Position numbers and translations under genes: made by a program. A stretch of DNA of 64,000 nucleotides. Source: Syntrophales bacterium. GTDB taxonomy: Bacteria > Desulfobacterota > Syntrophia > Syntrophales > UBA2210. This document shows, piece after piece, positions 9,434-18,470 of the stretch (positions within the stretch are counted from its first letter, which is position 1; each line of letters starts with the position of its first letter). The notes beneath the pieces were generated by a model. It did not search any database. It was not told the origin of the DNA and saw nothing but the letters and a program-made list of their open reading frames with translations. The stretch lies in the NCBI GenBank assembly GCA_963666365.2, contig CAXXNF010000002.1, forward strand, positions 1,856,001 to 1,920,000. The letters are read 5' to 3'.

Positions 9434-10697
9434 AGTGGTAATCACCGGCCTGGGCGTCGTCGCACCCAACGCGATAGGACTGGAGGAATTCAGAAAGGCC
9501 CTTCGAAAAGGAAAACCGGGAATCCGGTTCATACAGGAACTGGCGGACCTGAAATTCGCCTGTCAGATAGGGGGGGTGCCGGAGAATTTCAGCGAAGTGC
9601 GCGCACGCTACTTCGATCATGAAAAGCTTCTCTCGATCAACGACAACATAGGATATGCCTCGGTGGCAGCGGTCGACGCCTGGAAAGACAGCGGATTCAG
9701 TCTGTTGGAAGAAAACGGTCATGTAGACTGGGATACCGGCGCGATTCTAGGAAGCGGCATCGGCGGGATGGATACCATCGCACAACAGGTGGTTCCCATG
9801 GTCAAGGAAGGAAAAACACGGCGTCTGGGAAGCCGCATCGTAGAGCAGGTCATGAACAGCGGCACCAGCGCCCGTGTGGGCGGCCTTCTGGGCCTGGGAA
9901 ACCAGGTAACATCGAATTCATCGGCCTGCAGCACCGGTACGGAGGCAATCAACGAGGCCTTTTGGCGGATACGGACGGGACAGGCGAAACGGATGCTTGC
10001 CGGCGGTTCGGAAGGAGCGTCTCCCTTTATCTGGGCCGGCTTCGACGCCATGCGCGTCATTGCCCGAAAATTCAACGATTCACCGGAGGAGGGATCACGC
10101 CCGCTTTCCGCCTCGGCAAACGGGTTTGTTCCCGGATCGGGGGCCGCGGTGTTGCTCCTCGAGGATCTTGATACGGCTCTTGCACGGGGAGCACGCATTT
10201 ACTGCGAACTTATCGGCGGATCGGTAAACTCCGGCGGGCAGAGAAACGGGGGCAGCATGACCGCACCCAATCCCGAAGGAGTGCAGCGATGTATCCAGCA
10301 GGCCATAGCCGACGCGGGAATTACCGCAGACGACATCGACGCAATCAATGGACATCTGACGGCCACCTTTGCCGATCCTTCGGAAGTGAAGAACTGGTCG
10401 GCGGCGCTCGGCAGGGGACCCGATCGTTTCCCCATGATTCAATCGACAAAATCCATGATCGGTCATTGCCTGGGCGCCGCCGGCGCCATCGAAAGCGTGG
10501 CCGTAGCCGTGCAGCTGCAGGAAGGATTTCTCCATCCCTCGATTAACTGTGACGATGTGCACCCGGAGATCGAGGCATTCGGAGATAAAATTCCACAAAA
10601 GGTCATGGAGATTCCCGATCTGAACATCGTGGCAAAATCGAGTTTCGGCTTCGGCGACGTCAATAGTTGCCTCATTTTCAAAAAATGGCAACCCTGA
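9423..10697 (+). CDS. fabF: Beta-ketoacyl-ACP synthase (FabF/FabB family)
   Basis: RVVITGLGVV, SACSTG, NGHLTAT, KSMIGHCLGAAG and SFGFG (Cys-His-His). Confidence 0.88.
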   Translation: MRHRVVITGLGVVAPNAIGLEEFRKALRKGKPGIRFIQELADLKFACQIGGVPENFSEVRARYFDHEKLLSINDNIGYASVAAVDAWKDSGFSLLEENGHVDWDTGAILGSGIGGMDTIAQQVVPMVKEGKTRRLGSRIVEQVMNSGTSARVGGLLGLGNQVTSNSSACSTGTEAINEAFWRIRTGQAKRMLAGGSEGASPFIWAGFDAMRVIARKFNDSPEEGSRPLSASANGFVPGSGAAVLLLEDLDTALARGARIYCELIGGSVNSGGQRNGGSMTAPNPEGVQRCIQQAIADAGITADDIDAINGHLTATFADPSEVKNWSAALGRGPDRFPMIQSTKSMIGHCLGAAGAIESVAVAVQLQEGFLHPSINCDDVHPEIEAFGDKIPQKVMEIPDLNIVAKSSFGFGDVNSCLIFKKWQP

Positions 10698-10754
10698 CAT
10701 CCCGGGATCACAGTAACACTATTAAAAAATAACACTCACGTAAGGAGAATGATT

Positions 10755-11003
10755 ATGGAAAATGCAGCAATTTTTGAAGAAATGGTCGGTATTTTAAAAC
10801 CCTATGTAAAGGATGTCTCCGCCCTTGACGGGGTATCCGAAAACACCCACATCCTTGATGATCTAAAGGTAAATTCGGCCCGCCTTGTGGACATCATCAT
10901 CAAGTGCGAGGATGTATTCGACATCGAAATTGATGACGACGACGCCGACACGATTCGGACCATCGGTGATGCCGTGTCCGTGATAAAAAAGAAACTGTCA
11001 TAG
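10755..11003 (+). CDS. Acyl carrier protein
   Basis: Acidic 82-aa protein with DDLKVNSARLVDII (Ser attachment site in NSA) and IRTIGDAV. TAAGGAG RBS. Confidence 0.88.
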   Translation: MENAAIFEEMVGILKPYVKDVSALDGVSENTHILDDLKVNSARLVDIIIKCEDVFDIEIDDDDADTIRTIGDAVSVIKKKLS

Positions 11004-11010
11004 ACGGGCC

Positions 11011-11838
11011 ATGAAACGCACCACTAAATATTCTTTACGGCTTCAATATGTCCTGGGGTGGATATCGGTGCTCTTTTTGGCACCGCTTACCTTTGTCGTG
11101 CTCAAGGCAATGGGATACCGCATAAAGGACCTGAACCAATTACGGGCACAGGTGCGGGCGGCCATGGGAGAAGACCGGGGCGGCTGGATCATCTGCGCGA
11201 ATCATCTGACAATGATCGATTCAGTCATTCTGGCCCATGCCATGATGCCTCTGCACCACTATGTTGGACATTACAGGGATATGCCCTGGAATCTGCCGGA
11301 ACGGGCCAACTTTCAGAAAAATATCGTGCTCACCATCCTCTGTTATCTCACCAAGTGCATTCCCATCAGCCGAGGGGGAGACAGAGGCAAGATGAAAGAA
11401 ACGATGGAAAAGTGTGTCCACCTTCTTAACAGCGGATCGAATCTTCTTATCTTCCCCGAGGGGGGACGCACCCGCACCGGCAGGGTCGACACTGATTCCT
11501 TTTCCTACGGTGTGGGCCGCCTGGCCCAGAAAAGTGACCACTGCCGCATACTCTGTGTGTTTCTCCGGGGAATAGGCCAGGAGCACTATTCCGCCATTCC
11601 ACGGCGTGGAGAAACCTTCATGGGAGAGGCGGTCCCCTTTGTACCGGACGCCGTTGCAGGCGGGCTGAAGGGGCAGCGGGAACTGGCCCGGCAGATTGTA
11701 GAAACACTGGCTGCCATGGAAGAGGAATGGTTTTCCCGGGTCAAAGGGCTTCGGCATCACCGTATTCCCGCAAGCGCAGAAAAAAGACGGTACGGCGGAC
11801 GCTACCGCACCGAAGAAGCCGGCTTTTACAAGGCGTAA
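11011..11838 (+). CDS. Lysophospholipid/1-acyl-sn-glycerol-3-phosphate acyltransferase (PlsC family)
   Basis: NHLTMID (HX4D) and FPEGGR motifs, with an N-terminal hydrophobic segment. Confidence 0.85.
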   Translation: MKRTTKYSLRLQYVLGWISVLFLAPLTFVVLKAMGYRIKDLNQLRAQVRAAMGEDRGGWIICANHLTMIDSVILAHAMMPLHHYVGHYRDMPWNLPERANFQKNIVLTILCYLTKCIPISRGGDRGKMKETMEKCVHLLNSGSNLLIFPEGGRTRTGRVDTDSFSYGVGRLAQKSDHCRILCVFLRGIGQEHYSAIPRRGETFMGEAVPFVPDAVAGGLKGQRELARQIVETLAAMEEEWFSRVKGLRHHRIPASAEKRRYGGRYRTEEAGFYKA

Positions 11839-11843
11839 TACAT

Positions 11844-11914
11844 CCCCCCCCCTCGCACTGCCCTGGACAGGCATCGCACGGCATCCCTGTCCAGGACTGC
11901 GGGGGGTTTTTTTT
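11844..11914 (+). terminator. Long hairpin with T-tract after the acyltransferase
   Basis: C9...CCTGGACAGG / CCTGTCCAGG...G6 followed by T8. Confidence 0.65.
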
Positions 11915-11950
11915 CAGCATCATCAGAATCGCGTAAAAAGGAGAACCCGG

Positions 11951-13488
11951 GTGACAACGGAAAACAAACGGAAAAGATTACTGCAGGCGCGCTCCCGCAT
12001 CGAAGCGGGAGGGGGCAACGCCGCCATGGACAAAATCAGGGATACGGGACGCCGCACCGTCCGTGAGAGACTGGGGCTTCTTTTCGACGAAGGGAGTTTC
12101 GTAGAAACAGATGCCTTCGTGGCGCACCGCGCAACGGAGCTGGGAATGGACAAGATGGAAACCCCCGGCGAAGGGGTGGTCACGGGCTACGGCACGGTGG
12201 AAGGGCGACAGGTGTTCGCTTTCGCCCAGGACTTCAGCGTCATGGGGGGATCGCTGGGCGAGATGCATGCGAAGAAAATTCAGTCAAGTGCCTTGACAAG
12301 GCCATGACCGTGGGCTGCCCCGTTGTGGGACTGAACGACTCGGGCGGCGCCCGGATACAGGAGGGAGTGGATGCCCTTGCCGGCTACGGAAGCATTTTTA
12401 CCCGCAACACCATGGCGTCGGGGGTAATTCCTCAGATAACGGCGATCATGGGGCCTTCGGCGGGGGGCGCGGTGTACTCGCCGGCGCTCATGGACTTCAT
12501 CTATATGGTGAAAAAGGACTATGCCCAGATGTTCATTACCGGACCCCAGGTGATCAAGGCGACCACAGGGGAGAAAATCGGGGCCATCGAACTTGGCGGC
12601 GCCATGACGCACAACGAAAAAAGCGGCGTGGCCCATTTCCTGGCGGCATCCGACGAAGACTGCATTGCCCAGATCACACAATTATTACGGTATCTTCCGT
12701 CCAATTGCCGGGAGAAACCGCCTGTGATCACCTGCACAGATCCGGCGGACCGTATCGAAGCATCCCTGAACAGCATTGTTCCTGACAGGAGCACCCGCCC
12801 CTACGACATGAAAAAAATAATCGCCCCTGTGGTGGACAATGGAGAGTTCTACGAGAGCCAACAGCACTTTGCAAAGAACATGATCACCTGTTTCGCCCGC
12901 CTTGAGGGAAAACCGGTGGGAATTATCGCCAACCAGCCCCGGTTTATGGCAGGATGCCTTGACATCAGTGCCTCGGACAAGGCTTCGCGATTCATTCGAT
13001 TCTGCGACTGCTTCAATCTTCCCATTGTTACCTTTGTGGACGTACCGGGATATCTTCCCGGAACGCAGCAGGAATTCGGGGGCATTATACGGCACGGAGC
13101 GAAGCTCCTTTTCGCGTACCCGGAAGCAACGGTACCGAAGGTAACGGTGGTGATACGGAAGGCATACGGCGGCGCCTATCTGGGCATGTGTTCCGGTCAG
13201 ACCGGGGCGGACATGGTCATCGCCTGGCCTACGGCGGAGATTGCCGTAATGGGGGCGGCCGGCGCTGCCAATATCATCTTCCGAAAAGAAACGGGCGAAG
13301 AGAGACGGCAAAAACAGGAGGAATATGAGCGGAATTTCGCCACCCCCTACCAGGCGGCGAAACGGGGATTGATCGATCAGATAATCGAACCGAAGGATAC
13401 CCGTCCCGCCCTGATTGCGGCCCTGCGCATGCTCGAAGGGAAGCGAGAGGATCGTCCCTGGAAGAAACACGGGAATATGCCGCTGTAG
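11951..13488 (+). pseudogene. Acyl-CoA carboxyltransferase (PccB/MmdA-like), split by a frameshift
   Basis: ORFs 11951-12307 and 12304-13488 join into ...[36 protein letters not shown]... if 2 bp (CA, 12281-12282) are removed. C-terminus is KKHGNMPL. Confidence 0.8.
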
Positions 13489-13535
13489 GGAAAGTTTAAA
13501 AAGTAGGAAAAGTAGGAAAAGTGAGGAGAGGGGAA

Positions 13536-14174
13536 ATGGTGCCGTATATCGGCAATGATATCGTCGATTTTACTGCGCCCGGCGCGGTCGGAAAGCACCG
13601 CGACGAGCGATTCGTTGCCCGTGTGTTTACAGGGAATGAACGGCGGTGGATTGAGGACGACTCCGATCCGGACCGGATGCTCTGGACTCTCTGGTCCTGC
13701 AAGGAAACAGCCTATAAAGCGGTCGGCAAGTCCCACCGCCGGACAGTGTGGGCGCCTGTCCGCTATACGGTGCACATTGAAGAAATGATCTCCCGACGCC
13801 GCATCAGGGGAGTGGTGAATACTCCCGCGGGCAATGTCCTCTTTGAAGCCGGAATCGAAGGAAATTTCGTACACTGCGTTGGCACTTCGGGCGCATTGTG
13901 CGACCTTCAGTCGATTGTAACGGGTGTCAACCGATGTACCCGAAGCAGAGAGGTTCCTCCTGATCTCTCAAAAGAAGCCAGGGCGCTGATTGTGGAGCGC
14001 CTGGCATCCCACGGGGCAGGGGGAAAGGAATCCATTAAAATCCTCCGTCCTGGAGGAGCACGGGGGCTGAATCCCCCCATCGTCAGTATCGGCGACAGGA
14101 TTGCACCGATCGATATCAGCCTCAGTCACGATGGCCTGTATGTCGCCTGTGCCTTCATCATGCACCGTCACTGA
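13536..14174 (+). CDS. 4'-phosphopantetheinyl transferase
   Basis: Motifs IGNDIVD, LWSCKETAYKA and ISLSHDG. Confidence 0.88.
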   Translation: MVPYIGNDIVDFTAPGAVGKHRDERFVARVFTGNERRWIEDDSDPDRMLWTLWSCKETAYKAVGKSHRRTVWAPVRYTVHIEEMISRRRIRGVVNTPAGNVLFEAGIEGNFVHCVGTSGALCDLQSIVTGVNRCTRSREVPPDLSKEARALIVERLASHGAGGKESIKILRPGGARGLNPPIVSIGDRIAPIDISLSHDGLYVACAFIMHRH

Positions 14175-15046
14175 TCGCAGTGTTCCCATTTAAGGGCTTC
14201 GATAATTTCTTCTCCGATTTCATCGACTTTCCTGGACGAAAGGATCCCTGATCGCTTCAGAGAATCGAGCGTATCTATGTCGGCGCGCACAAGTTCCATC
14301 AAATCATCATCCGATAAAATCATGAATCGAGCCCTGTTTATCCTGCTGGCCTTCTCAAATCTCCAATAATAGAGACGTTTGAGACGTTCCTGCCCCCTTT
14401 CGTTCAGCTCCTCGAACCCCTGAATTCTCGTGTAACCCTTTCTATTGAGCGTTTTCTTGCGCCATCTTACGGCAGTCATCTCTTCAAAGGCTTCGGACGC
14501 CGCACAGGTGAGTCCCTGGGTATTCAATGCTTCATCCAGCTTCTTCTGAAGCGGAATGAGACAGACGGCATCACGGGCCGCATAATGGAGCTGTTCCTGT
14601 GCCAGGGGTCGAAGGTCCCACCGTGAACGTTGAATCTTCTTCTCCTTGTTCAGCTCGCACCCGAGATACTCCTTGAGAACCGAATGCAGGGACAGCAGGG
14701 TGCTTCCCAGGAGAGAGGCCGCCCGATGGGTATCAAACAGGTTGGCAAATTCAAATGCATAGTCGCGATTCAGAAGGCGCACGTCATTGTCGCAGGCGTG
14801 GAGCACCTTCAGGATTTTGTGATCGGCAAAGATATCTCCCAGAAAGGAAAAATCGATATCACCGAAGGGGTCGAACAGATAGGCCTCGGAATCGGCGCCT
14901 ACCTGCACAAGGCAGAGAAGTTCTCTGAAATATCTGAACGAATCGTATTCCGTATCGACACCGATAATGGGGCATGCTGCAATTCGCCTTTTCGCTATCT
15001 CCAGTTGCGTTTCTGTTTCCACAAGAACACAGTTGCATTCCACCAT
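14168..15046 (-). CDS. rnd: Ribonuclease D-like 3'-5' exonuclease with HRDC domain
   Basis: Motifs GVDTE, KVLHACDND, FDTHRAA and YAARD, plus an HRDC-like C-terminus. Confidence 0.8.
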   Translation of the reverse strand: MVECNCVLVETETQLEIAKRRIAACPIIGVDTEYDSFRYFRELLCLVQVGADSEAYLFDPFGDIDFSFLGDIFADHKILKVLHACDNDVRLLNRDYAFEFANLFDTHRAASLLGSTLLSLHSVLKEYLGCELNKEKKIQRSRWDLRPLAQEQLHYAARDAVCLIPLQKKLDEALNTQGLTCAASEAFEEMTAVRWRKKTLNRKGYTRIQGFEELNERGQERLKRLYYWRFEKASRINRARFMILSDDDLMELVRADIDTLDSLKRSGILSSRKVDEIGEEIIEALKWEHCDQ

Positions 15047-15080
15047 AGGACTACTCCTTCCAACGCGTCGGCTCGGTCTG

Positions 15081-16259
15081 CTACGCCCATCTTCCTATCC
15101 CATGGGCGCAATAATTTTTCAGGCAACGCAAAAACAGCGCCTGGGGAAGCCGGGGAATTAACCAGACAAGATAGTCAAGATACCGCCCATTCACGGCAGG
15201 AACTCGAAGAAACCGTTCATAGATCGATCTGTCGGCGGCAAAGAGGTCAACAAAAAAAGAAGGAAAGCGGTACACCGTCGCAGCCACCATGCGGGCATAT
15301 CTGAAATTGCGGGCAAATGCGCTTTTACAGAATATTCGGTAATCGTCAATGCTGTCGATGTTCCTTTTTTTCTGAATCACGTCTGCCACAAGATCAGCCG
15401 CAATCTGCCCGGAACGTACGGCATAGGGAATACCTTCGCCGGAAAAGGGATCCACGAACCCTGCCGCATCTCCGCTTAAAAGCACCCGCGAACCGATCAC
15501 GCCTTTATACCTCTCCTTCATGGGGATTACCCGACCTCTTAAACGGGAACTCCCTTCAAATCCTGCATTTTTTAAAAACCGCTTCATGGTCCCCTTCGGA
15601 TCGGGAAGCGTTTGCGCTTCTCCCCAGATTCCCACGGAGTAGTATCCGTTATGAGGGAACACCCATCCGTATCCGTTGCAGGAAATATCAAGGTGAATCT
15701 CAAACATGCCGGGAAGACGCGTGTCGATTTCGCCGTTATTCGCCTCTATTTCCGTCACCATGGTGATACTGCATGCGTCTCGTGCATATCGTTCCCCCAT
15801 GTGCCTCATCACCAATCCCTGCGCCCCTTCCGTCAACAGGACGTACCTCGCACGATAGGATCCTTTGACCGCCGTAATTTCCACATAGTCGCCCTTTTCG
15901 TCGACGCCTGTAGCCTTTTCTTCCATTTTTATCTCCGCTCCAGTCTCTGCGGCTTTCATGAGAAGATAGGTATCGAAGGCGCTTCTTGTGACGGTTACGG
16001 CCATAGGCGTCTCTGTCCTACTTTCAATTGTCCGTTCCCCCGCACAAAGGCGCATTCCGTATATCTCTTTTTCTTTCAGATTATCGGGCAATTCAAAATC
16101 GAGATAGTCCATGCCCCGCCGTGTAAGTCCTCCGGCACAGGGTTTATAGCGCGGGAAACGATCCTTTTCGATTACCAGGACGTTCAATCCTCGCATCGCC
16201 GCCCTCATCCCCGCCGTCGAACCGGATGGTCCCCCTCCTATCATAATCAGATCGTACAT
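15081..16259 (-). CDS. Geranylgeranyl reductase-family FAD oxidoreductase
   Basis: Motifs IGGGPSGS, FPRYKPCAGG, GYGWVFP and GDAAGFVDPFSGEGI. Confidence 0.85.
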   Translation of the reverse strand: MYDLIMIGGGPSGSTAGMRAAMRGLNVLVIEKDRFPRYKPCAGGLTRRGMDYLDFELPDNLKEKEIYGMRLCAGERTIESRTETPMAVTVTRSAFDTYLLMKAAETGAEIKMEEKATGVDEKGDYVEITAVKGSYRARYVLLTEGAQGLVMRHMGERYARDACSITMVTEIEANNGEIDTRLPGMFEIHLDISCNGYGWVFPHNGYYSVGIWGEAQTLPDPKGTMKRFLKNAGFEGSSRLRGRVIPMKERYKGVIGSRVLLSGDAAGFVDPFSGEGIPYAVRSGQIAADLVADVIQKKRNIDSIDDYRIFCKSAFARNFRYARMVAATVYRFPSFFVDLFAADRSIYERFLRVPAVNGRYLDYLVWLIPRLPQALFLRCLKNYCAHGIGRWA

Positions 16260-16456
16260 GAACCGAGCGTCCCTTGTAATATTTTTTAAGTCTTTTGATA
16301 CATAGCTTTTGCGGAGGCGTCAAATAAAAAGACCAATTAAAGTATTGACAAAGTCTGAAAGGATATACTAATTTTCAACCAAGAGACGGGTATGGGACCA
16401 GTGGTGACATAGAGCATAACAGTGCCCTCTACAATGCCGGAGAAAAGGAGACGCGT

Positions 16457-17188
16457 ATGACAACCAAACCCACTTCAACAACGCGAATTGATCATCTTAT
16501 TGAAGAGCAAGTACTCAAATGGCAGAAAGAAAGCGACCGGAGGAAGCAGAAGCGAGAACCGGCACCGCCTGTGATCACCATATCGCGACAGTCGGGAAAC
16601 GAATCAACTGAGGTAATCAAAAAAATCTCAGAGGCGTTGAAGCTTGACATATTTGACACTCAGATTATTCACGAAGTAGCGCAGAGCGTCAAAATGAGCG
16701 ACAAGGTTGCGGAATCACTGGACGGGAAGACACGGAGCACCCTTGACAACTGGATACAGTTCCTCAAGGCCAACCGCTACATTTTTCCCGATACCTATCT
16801 TACCCATCTTACAAAGGTAATCGGCACTATCGGTGAGCAGGGGGGCGCCATCATCCTGGGAAGAGGCGCAAACAATATCCTTCCACCGGAGGAGACGTTA
16901 CGAATCCGATTCATTGCGCCACTGGGACACCGAATCCAGAATATGTCGAAAAAAGAGGGTATATCCATTGAAGCGGCCGAACGTCAGATAACCAAAAAGG
17001 AATCTGAGCAGCGCGCCTTTATTAAAAAATATTTTGAAGTTGATATCGATGATCCCATATACTACGATCTGATCATCAATACCCAGTATTTATCGGACGA
17101 TAAGATAGTCGCTCTTGTCAAAGCCGCGTTGAAATTTAAAAAAATCCCCTCACGGCGCCGATTCGATCCAAAACCGGCGGAGGAATAG
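16457..17188 (+). CDS. Cytidylate kinase-like family protein
   Basis: Motifs VITISRQSG, IILGRGAN and YDLIINT. Confidence 0.78.
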   Translation: MTTKPTSTTRIDHLIEEQVLKWQKESDRRKQKREPAPPVITISRQSGNESTEVIKKISEALKLDIFDTQIIHEVAQSVKMSDKVAESLDGKTRSTLDNWIQFLKANRYIFPDTYLTHLTKVIGTIGEQGGAIILGRGANNILPPEETLRIRFIAPLGHRIQNMSKKEGISIEAAERQITKKESEQRAFIKKYFEVDIDDPIYYDLIINTQYLSDDKIVALVKAALKFKKIPSRRRFDPKPAEE

Positions 17189-17194
17189 AAACAG

Positions 17195-17232
17195 AAAAGG
17201 GCTTTCAGGGCGCGATTCTGGAAGCCTTTTTT
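17195..17232 (+). terminator. Intrinsic terminator
   Basis: AAAAGGGCTTTCAG...CTGGAAGCCTTTTTT stem followed by a T-tract. Confidence 0.65.
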
Positions 17233-17287
17233 ACTATTCAACGGGCAATAAATAGTAAAATAAAATACACAGCAAAAAGGGCATCGC

Positions 17288-17629
17288 ATGATAATTCAAA
17301 ATTTTAACGACGTTGAAGCTGTCGATCTCATGGAAGGGATCAAGAAGAGAATCGTAATCGGCAAGAAAGTAGGAGCACCCAATTTCATTATGAGAATTTT
17401 CGATCTGGCGCCGGGTGCATCCAGCCCCTATCACACTCATCCCTGGGAGCATGAAATTTACGTCATCCAGGGCAAGGCGGCCGCCAGGGACGAAGCAGAA
17501 AAGGAAACGCCCATCGGCGAAGGAGATACGGTCTTTATTGCACCGGGTGAGAAACACTGCCTCATCAATAAGGGTGAGGAACTCTTCCGCTTCATGTGCC
17601 TCATTCCCACGAGCGCAACGGAAGAATAA
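17288..17629 (+). CDS. Cupin-domain protein
   Basis: Motifs HTHPWEHE and GDTVFIAPGEKH. Confidence 0.85.
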   Translation: MIIQNFNDVEAVDLMEGIKKRIVIGKKVGAPNFIMRIFDLAPGASSPYHTHPWEHEIYVIQGKAAARDEAEKETPIGEGDTVFIAPGEKHCLINKGEELFRFMCLIPTSATEE

Positions 17630-17644
17630 GGACTTCGCAGAAAG

Positions 17645-18415
17645 CTACATTATTAAATCTTTCAAACAATTGCGAGCGGTTCCAAGAACCGCATGACGGG
17701 TCAGATCGTGCTGGAGAGGCGTGATCGATATGAAGCCCCTGCTCAACGCACAGGCATCCGATTCCACATCCTCGCTGTCGGGGAGAAGCGTTTCTCCCGC
17801 CAGCCAGTAATAGGTGTTCGATCTCGGATCGAGCCGTTTCTCAAACATTTCGACCAGCCGAGCCGCACCCTGTTTCGTAACCGCGATGCCCCTGATCTTC
17901 TCTTCCGGCAGCGAAGGCACATTGACATTGAGGGTCAATCCCTCGAGAAAATTTTTCTCCCGCATATATGAAACAAGCCTCGCGGTAAAACGGGCCGCGA
18001 AGGAAAAATCCGCCCGCCCTGCTCGTGTATCAAGTGACACGGCAATCGAGGGAACCCCCAAAATCGCTCCTTCCGTTGCCGCCGAAACCGTCCCCGAATA
18101 GAGTATATTGACCCCCACATTGGCCCCGGCATTAATGCCTGATACAATCAGATCGATCGGCCGGTCAGACAATTCCCTGATCCCTATTTTCACACAGTCC
18201 GCGGGGGTTCCCGTCACGGCATGGCCAAGAAATATTCCCCCTTTCCTGGCTTCCCGAACCCTGAGCGGTCGATACAGCGTGATGGCATGTCCAACCGCGC
18301 TCTGTTCCGTTTCCGGCGCCACAATAATGCAGTCGGCAACCTTCGACATTTCCCGATAAAGGGCGGAAATGCCCTCGGCATAGATCCCATCGTCATTTGT
18401 AAGCAGCACTCGCAT
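17645..18415 (-). CDS. surE: 5'/3'-nucleotidase SurE
   Basis: Motifs MRVLLTNDDG, GTPADCV, SGINAGAN and YSGTVSAA. Confidence 0.95.
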   Translation of the reverse strand: MRVLLTNDDGIYAEGISALYREMSKVADCIIVAPETEQSAVGHAITLYRPLRVREARKGGIFLGHAVTGTPADCVKIGIRELSDRPIDLIVSGINAGANVGVNILYSGTVSAATEGAILGVPSIAVSLDTRAGRADFSFAARFTARLVSYMREKNFLEGLTLNVNVPSLPEEKIRGIAVTKQGAARLVEMFEKRLDPRSNTYYWLAGETLLPDSEDVESDACALSRGFISITPLQHDLTRHAVLGTARNCLKDLIM

Positions 18416-18470
18416 TATCGATCCTTTTCATATTCTCTGCGTGCCCGGAACCTGAGGCGGCGCCTTGTTG

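Noticed and set aside
13499..13525. AAAAGTAGG short tandem repeat before the PPTase
   Set aside because: Only about three imperfect copies with no spacers. It is not a CRISPR and is too short to call a contingency locus.
4423..14174. Aryl polyene, ladderane or PUFA biosynthetic cluster
   Set aside because: No chain-length factor, adenylation enzyme, radical SAM or methyltransferase genes, and no pfa-type multidomain synthase.
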